From an uncultured delta proteobacterium (GTDB lineage: Bacteria > Desulfobacterota > Syntrophia > Syntrophales > UBA2185): a stretch of 64,000 bases of DNA. Both the position numbers and the translations under genes were made by a program. The DNA lies in NCBI GenBank assembly GCA_963729715.1, contig CAVSPA010000010.1, forward strand, positions 64,001 to 128,000, written 5' to 3'. Numbering within the stretch: position 1 is the first letter of the stretch; every line of letters begins with the position of its first letter. Positions 60,058 to 64,000 of the stretch are shown here, in pieces. The notes beneath the pieces are model-generated. The model was not told the origin of the DNA, ran no database searches, and saw only the letters and a list, made by a program, of their open reading frames with translations.

Positions 60058-61596
60058 ATGGCAATCGTATTTGATAAACCCGCAGTAGTTGACCCCAACA
60101 ATATCGCCGGAATCGGCTCGGCTCTCGGTACGGCTCTTGGGCAGGGCTACGCGCAGCAGACGCAGGCGAATAAGGAACAGGCCGTATTAGACCCAATTCT
60201 TGACCAGGTCGCTTTTGGTGATGACCCCAGAGAGAGGGCAACTTTATTGATGAAAGTGCTATCAAGCCCTGCTTTATCACAGCAATCAAAGGCAAATTTT
60301 ATCTCTGCGGTACACGCACTTCCGACGCCGGAGAAGGAATCCAAAGTTGTCAACTGGTGGGATGAAAATGGTGCTCCGCATACCGAGGTAATTAAAACAT
60401 CCGAGTACAATAAAAGGGCAGTCGAAATAGAGAAGGCTGGTGGTACTTTTGATAAACCAGGGCGGTCTATCTTGTACGACCAGACGACCGGCAAGCCTGT
60501 ATGGCGGGGCCCAGAAACGAAAATGCAGCAGATGTTGGAAGGTCACGAGACTTGGACAGACGAACCGCCTGAGAAGGGAAAGCAATACTTGATCCGTAAT
60601 GATGAGGACCCTAAACGGGTGCAGCAGATTACCTTGAAGTCCGGAGAGGAAATTCCGGAAGGATGGACTGAAGTCTCCGCTGGGAAAAAAGACGAGAAAG
60701 CGCCAGGGACAAAGACTTTCCAAATAGGTGGACAGGAGGTGCCTCATCAATGGGATGCCAAGGCCGGAGTGTGGAAGCCGATCAAGGGCATGGGCGGTCC
60801 GAAGTGGAATCCAAAGGGGGATGACGAGGACAAAAAGGTTAAAAGGTCGGATCTCCAGGCTGTGTACAGCTACGAGAAAAAGGCTTTTGCTGATCCTGAT
60901 AGCTATGAGCTGTCTGAAGAAGAACAGAAAAAGTACGAGGAGAATCCCAAGAAGTATAAAGTTCCCAAAGGAATGCAACTAAAACAGGAAGTGCTCGATC
61001 ACGCAAATGAGCTTCGTGGCGCGGCGAGAATGTCACTGAGGGAAGAAAAAGAAATTCCCTATAAGGAAACGAGCCACTCAACCCTCCTCGGAATCAAAAT
61101 ACCCGGATCGGAAACAACAAAAGATATCTCCGGATACGAATATCCGGAAGCGGGCAAGGAAACGGGTGCGAAGAAAAAAGAAGTTGCTGATGGTGATGTT
61201 GGCAAGCAACTGGAGGGCAAGAAGGCGGGTCATTACCGCGTCAATGGCAAAGAGATCAAATGGGATGGGTCAAAGGTGATTGCCGGTGCTGGGACCGAAG
61301 GCAAAGAAAAGCCCATGGATAAAATGCCTGATGCTGCAAAGAATAAAGACCGCATTATCAGAGACACGTCGACAGGCAAAAAATACAAGAGTGATGGCAC
61401 ACAGTGGAAGGAAGAGCCGGCGAAGTCAAATATCAAAAAAGACGCAAACCATGATCAGGCTGTCAGTTACCTGAAGGGCGCAAAGACCAGGGATGAAGCG
61501 ATAAAAAAGCTTAAAGAATTGAAGAAGCAGGGTTGGACCCGAGAGCAGCTTGAAGGGATCGTACAGGACTCCGGCGCTGAATCGTTAGAAGAATGA
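60058..61596 (+). CDS. Putative second DNA-ejection/internal virion protein
   Basis: RBS AAGGAGG; N-terminal IAGIGSALGTALGQGYAQQ, then a highly charged body with short Trp-containing beta modules. Confidence 0.45.
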   Translation: MAIVFDKPAVVDPNNIAGIGSALGTALGQGYAQQTQANKEQAVLDPILDQVAFGDDPRERATLLMKVLSSPALSQQSKANFISAVHALPTPEKESKVVNWWDENGAPHTEVIKTSEYNKRAVEIEKAGGTFDKPGRSILYDQTTGKPVWRGPETKMQQMLEGHETWTDEPPEKGKQYLIRNDEDPKRVQQITLKSGEEIPEGWTEVSAGKKDEKAPGTKTFQIGGQEVPHQWDAKAGVWKPIKGMGGPKWNPKGDDEDKKVKRSDLQAVYSYEKKAFADPDSYELSEEEQKKYEENPKKYKVPKGMQLKQEVLDHANELRGAARMSLREEKEIPYKETSHSTLLGIKIPGSETTKDISGYEYPEAGKETGAKKKEVADGDVGKQLEGKKAGHYRVNGKEIKWDGSKVIAGAGTEGKEKPMDKMPDAAKNKDRIIRDTSTGKKYKSDGTQWKEEPAKSNIKKDANHDQAVSYLKGAKTRDEAIKKLKELKKQGWTREQLEGIVQDSGAESLEE

Positions 61597-62151
61597 AGCT
61601 CACATTGAGGCAAGAAATCTTTTGCAGGGAGTATGTCGTTGATTTCAACGGTAGTCGAGCAGCTGTTGCTGCAGGGTACAGTAAGAAAACCGCGGACCAG
61701 CAGGCATCAAGGTTGTTAAAAAACAGTGGAGTTCAAGGCGCCATCAAAAAAGAGATAGAGAAGCGGTCGAAACGTATTGAGATCACCCAGGACAGAGTTC
61801 TGGAGGAAATTGCCCGCGTTGCTTTCGCCGACCTATCTGATTTTTTGGATGTCGATGAGGCCACGGGGGCCGTCAGAGTGAAAGGATTTGATGAAATGCC
61901 GGTACTGGCAAGCCGTGTCCTTGAATCCATTTCAGAGGATCGGGTTATTCGGGAAGCCGCAGATGGGAAGCAAGTTATTATTCATGACAAGCGTAAAATC
62001 AAGCTGCACGACAAGATGAGAGCCCTTGAGATGTGCGGAACGCCATTTGGGCTTGTTCATGGAAAGGCTTAGGGTGGAAGGCGGGCTTATTCACCTGAGC
62101 ATAAGTCCTGACATTAGGAAGAAAAAGGGATCGGGGTTGTCTAAGAAATGA
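61593..62151 (+). CDS. terS: Terminase small subunit (frameshift near 62040)
   Basis: LTLRQEIFCREYVVDFNGSRAAVAAGYSKKTA...ASRLL; KLHDKMRALE; GRHLGLF continues in a shifted frame. Confidence 0.9.
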
Positions 62152-62645
62152 ATAACCTGGCCGACGAGGTCCGAGGGGTGATCACCGCGGAAGAATTCTT
62201 TGAGAAATATTTTCAGCAAAAAGCTGCCCTCTTTGATTTGATGGCCAATCACTTGTTTACGCAGTTTGTTGTTATCAACCCGACAGTGAAGAAATCGGAT
62301 GAGCCGTTGCACGATGTTAAGGTAGTGAAGCTGCCTAAATCGTGGGTAGATGACATTAATCTATTTCTGGAAAAGTTCAGCTACAAGGATTTTGTGATCA
62401 ATGGAGAACCTCTGCGGCCTGATTACACTGATTCTTCCTGGCTTCTGAAGGTTGGCCGCATCTGCACCTACCACGCAGAGGCGTACAGAGGGTTCGCGGG
62501 GCATGTCGATTTTGAGCTGGTGATGAAGATGGACGATGCCTCGAGTCGCTTGCTCGGAATCTGTCATGCGCTGGTTGCTTATTTGGCGGCTGCGGGCGAC
62601 GAGGAAGCAGATCTCTTCTTCAGGCCTTCGAGCCTAAGCCATTGA
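62148..62645 (+). CDS. Hypothetical protein
   Basis: 165-aa ORF, ATGA-coupled to the frameshift-corrected terS stop. Confidence 0.7.
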   Translation: MNNLADEVRGVITAEEFFEKYFQQKAALFDLMANHLFTQFVVINPTVKKSDEPLHDVKVVKLPKSWVDDINLFLEKFSYKDFVINGEPLRPDYTDSSWLLKVGRICTYHAEAYRGFAGHVDFELVMKMDDASSRLLGICHALVAYLAAAGDEEADLFFRPSSLSH

Positions 62646-62749
62646 GGGAAGAAGAAGGCCTCCGATGACTAAATACCTATGTTTCGTGTTTTATAGCCGT
62701 GTACACGCCGCATATTGAGTTTAGCGGTTCATATGAGGTCATTCTCAGA

Positions 62750-62808
62750 CCCCCTTTTTCACGTTTCCGCTTTTACGACGGCCGTAAAGATGAAAGAGGG
62801 GATTTTTA
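62750..62808. terminator. Stem-loop between convergent genes
   Basis: CCCCTTTTTCA / TGAAAGAGGGG outer stem with TTTACG / CGTAAA inner stem, then a T tract. Confidence 0.45.
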
Positions 62809-62819
62809 TGAACTCCTTC

Positions 62820-63389
62820 TTATGATTCCCAAACCCGCTCCCTTTCGGTTATCTGGTGGATGAAGTGCGGACGTTCCCTGAAGACCCTTTCCCGGTCCAC
62901 ATCAGTGATCGAACCCTCTGGAAGCCCGACAAGCTCATGAGACAGATGGTCGTGGACCAGAGGCGAAAGAGTGAATATACCGACCTGGCCGGCATAGCAT
63001 CTCTGTCTGAGCGGCTGCACAAGTGTTATAAGTCCCGCCTGGAGCAATCCCGCAACTACCGCCTGTTCGATTGGAAGCTTGATGGTGTTCCTCTCCTGAA
63101 TGATGAATTCCCTCATCACAAGCTGTTCGTTTAAGTCCAACCGCGCGAGGCGCTCCAGGACGTGCCGCTTGAATACACGCTTACGGCGCCATTCAACGAG
63201 GCGAGGAGTACCCCACCAAATGAACTCGACTGTAAGCATAGCAGAACCGAGTACCACCGCAACGATGCCGAAGGCAACATATTGCTGGCGAAACTCTGGT
63301 ACGAAAAGGAGAATTGTGCCAGCGATCACCATGCAGGCTGACAGCTTGGGCGACTTAAGAACATCTATAATGTTGGCTAACCGTTCCAT
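62820..63389 (-). CDS. Superinfection exclusion B (SieB)-like protein
   Basis: Two N-terminal TM helices, then LARLDLNEQLVMREFIIQERNTIKLP...VVAGLLQAGLI. Confidence 0.7.
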   Translation of the reverse strand: MERLANIIDVLKSPKLSACMVIAGTILLFVPEFRQQYVAFGIVAVVLGSAMLTVEFIWWGTPRLVEWRRKRVFKRHVLERLARLDLNEQLVMREFIIQERNTIKLPIEQAVVAGLLQAGLITLVQPLRQRCYAGQVGIFTLSPLVHDHLSHELVGLPEGSITDVDRERVFRERPHFIHQITERERVWES

Positions 63390-63502
63390 CTACTGAAACC
63401 TTTCTTGCACCGAACGTAGCGCAGCATGGCCATAGATGATGGGTTCGATATAACGTCCTCCATCATAACTAATGATTAACCTGCAACAGTGTCGGTATAA
63501 AA

Positions 63503-63958
63503 TTATACTTCCTTTGAAAGTTCTTCAGATAATTTTTTCTCCCAGAAAAAGTGCCTATATATAGTAGCTCTTATTAAAGAAATTATGATGAAGCATTTAA
63601 GGCAAACAAAAAAGCTTATGATTGGTGATAAATAAATTCTCTTAGAATGATACTCGGGAGAAATGACAACGAGGAAAAATAGAGTAAGTATTATCCAAAG
63701 GATGGAGAGTATTTTAATGGTTTTCCTATAGAAAGGATTACTTTCTTCTTTCCATCTCTGATCAGAAACGGAATTAATCTTATCATCAACTAACCGATAC
63801 TGGTTATCTTCTTCATTTAATAGGAGTTGGCATTTGTCGTCTTTGCAATAGTAGAATTCCTTACCAACGCTTAAACAGTTTTCACAAAGTAATTTACCGC
63901 ATGAATGACAAAAAGAAATGGAATTCTTATCAGGATGATTAGAACATTTTCCTTTCAT
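63503..63958 (-). CDS. B-box-type zinc finger membrane protein
   Basis: CSNHP...CHSCGKLLCENC plus two C-terminal TM helices; RBS AAGGAG. Confidence 0.7.
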   Translation of the reverse strand: MKGKCSNHPDKNSISFCHSCGKLLCENCLSVGKEFYYCKDDKCQLLLNEEDNQYRLVDDKINSVSDQRWKEESNPFYRKTIKILSILWIILTLFFLVVISPEYHSKRIYLSPIISFFVCLKCFIIISLIRATIYRHFFWEKKLSEELSKEV

Positions 63959-64000
63959 CTGTCATACTCCTTTATGAATTTCATTGACACTGTCTCTTTT

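Larger units (their letters stand above)
54305..64000. mobile_element. Element 2: phage-satellite-like (PICI-like) element, right end outside the window
   Basis: att site, HTH genes, rep, dnaB, xis-like gene, terS, sieB; no terL, portal, capsid or tail genes in the window. Confidence 0.75.

Noticed and set aside
63408..63460. attC site upstream of the sieB-like gene
   Set aside because: ATCGAAC...GTTCGGT cores are present on the minus strand, but I found no convincing L boxes or internal stem.
54305..64000. Complete prophage
   Set aside because: No terL, portal, capsid, tail or lysis genes in the window, and the operon ends soon after terS; sequence beyond the window cannot be excluded.

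Overview
This window looks like the chromosome of an anaerobic Desulfobacterota/Syntrophales-like bacterium; the lineage is inferred from gene content only. (1) 1-11.7 kb: a chemotaxis/motor operon (mcp, cheW, cheR, cheD, HDOD, cheY-like, cheX-like, cheB, cheA, cheY, cheX, PilZ, motA, motB). (2) 13.9-30.4 kb: a short-chain acyl-CoA cluster with a multi-PAS LuxR regulator, a Trp-rich membrane protein, a two-subunit CoA-transferase, two acyl-CoA dehydrogenases, thiolase, hbd, crotonase, and a B12 acyl-CoA mutase with isobutyryl-CoA-mutase-type signature residues plus MeaB. (3) 30.5-36.6 kb: housekeeping genes, including pfk and a stand-alone YcaO. (4) Two identical 47-bp tRNA-Lys(UUU) 3'-half att copies at 36764 and 54258 define tandem integrated elements. 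Element 1 (~17.5 kb) is a decayed mosaic island with a dead integrase, an IS3 element, a palindromic MITE, attC-like sites, a TA module, a two-component system and a duplicated candidate leader RNA. Element 2 (54.3 kb to the window end) is a phage-satellite-like element with HTH/xis genes, a phage replication initiator with iterons, DnaB, two proteins resembling podophage DNA-ejection proteins, TerS and SieB, but no capsid, portal or TerL in the window. Element 2 is the best candidate for an undescribed system. All family assignments come from motif recognition by eye; no database searches were run.
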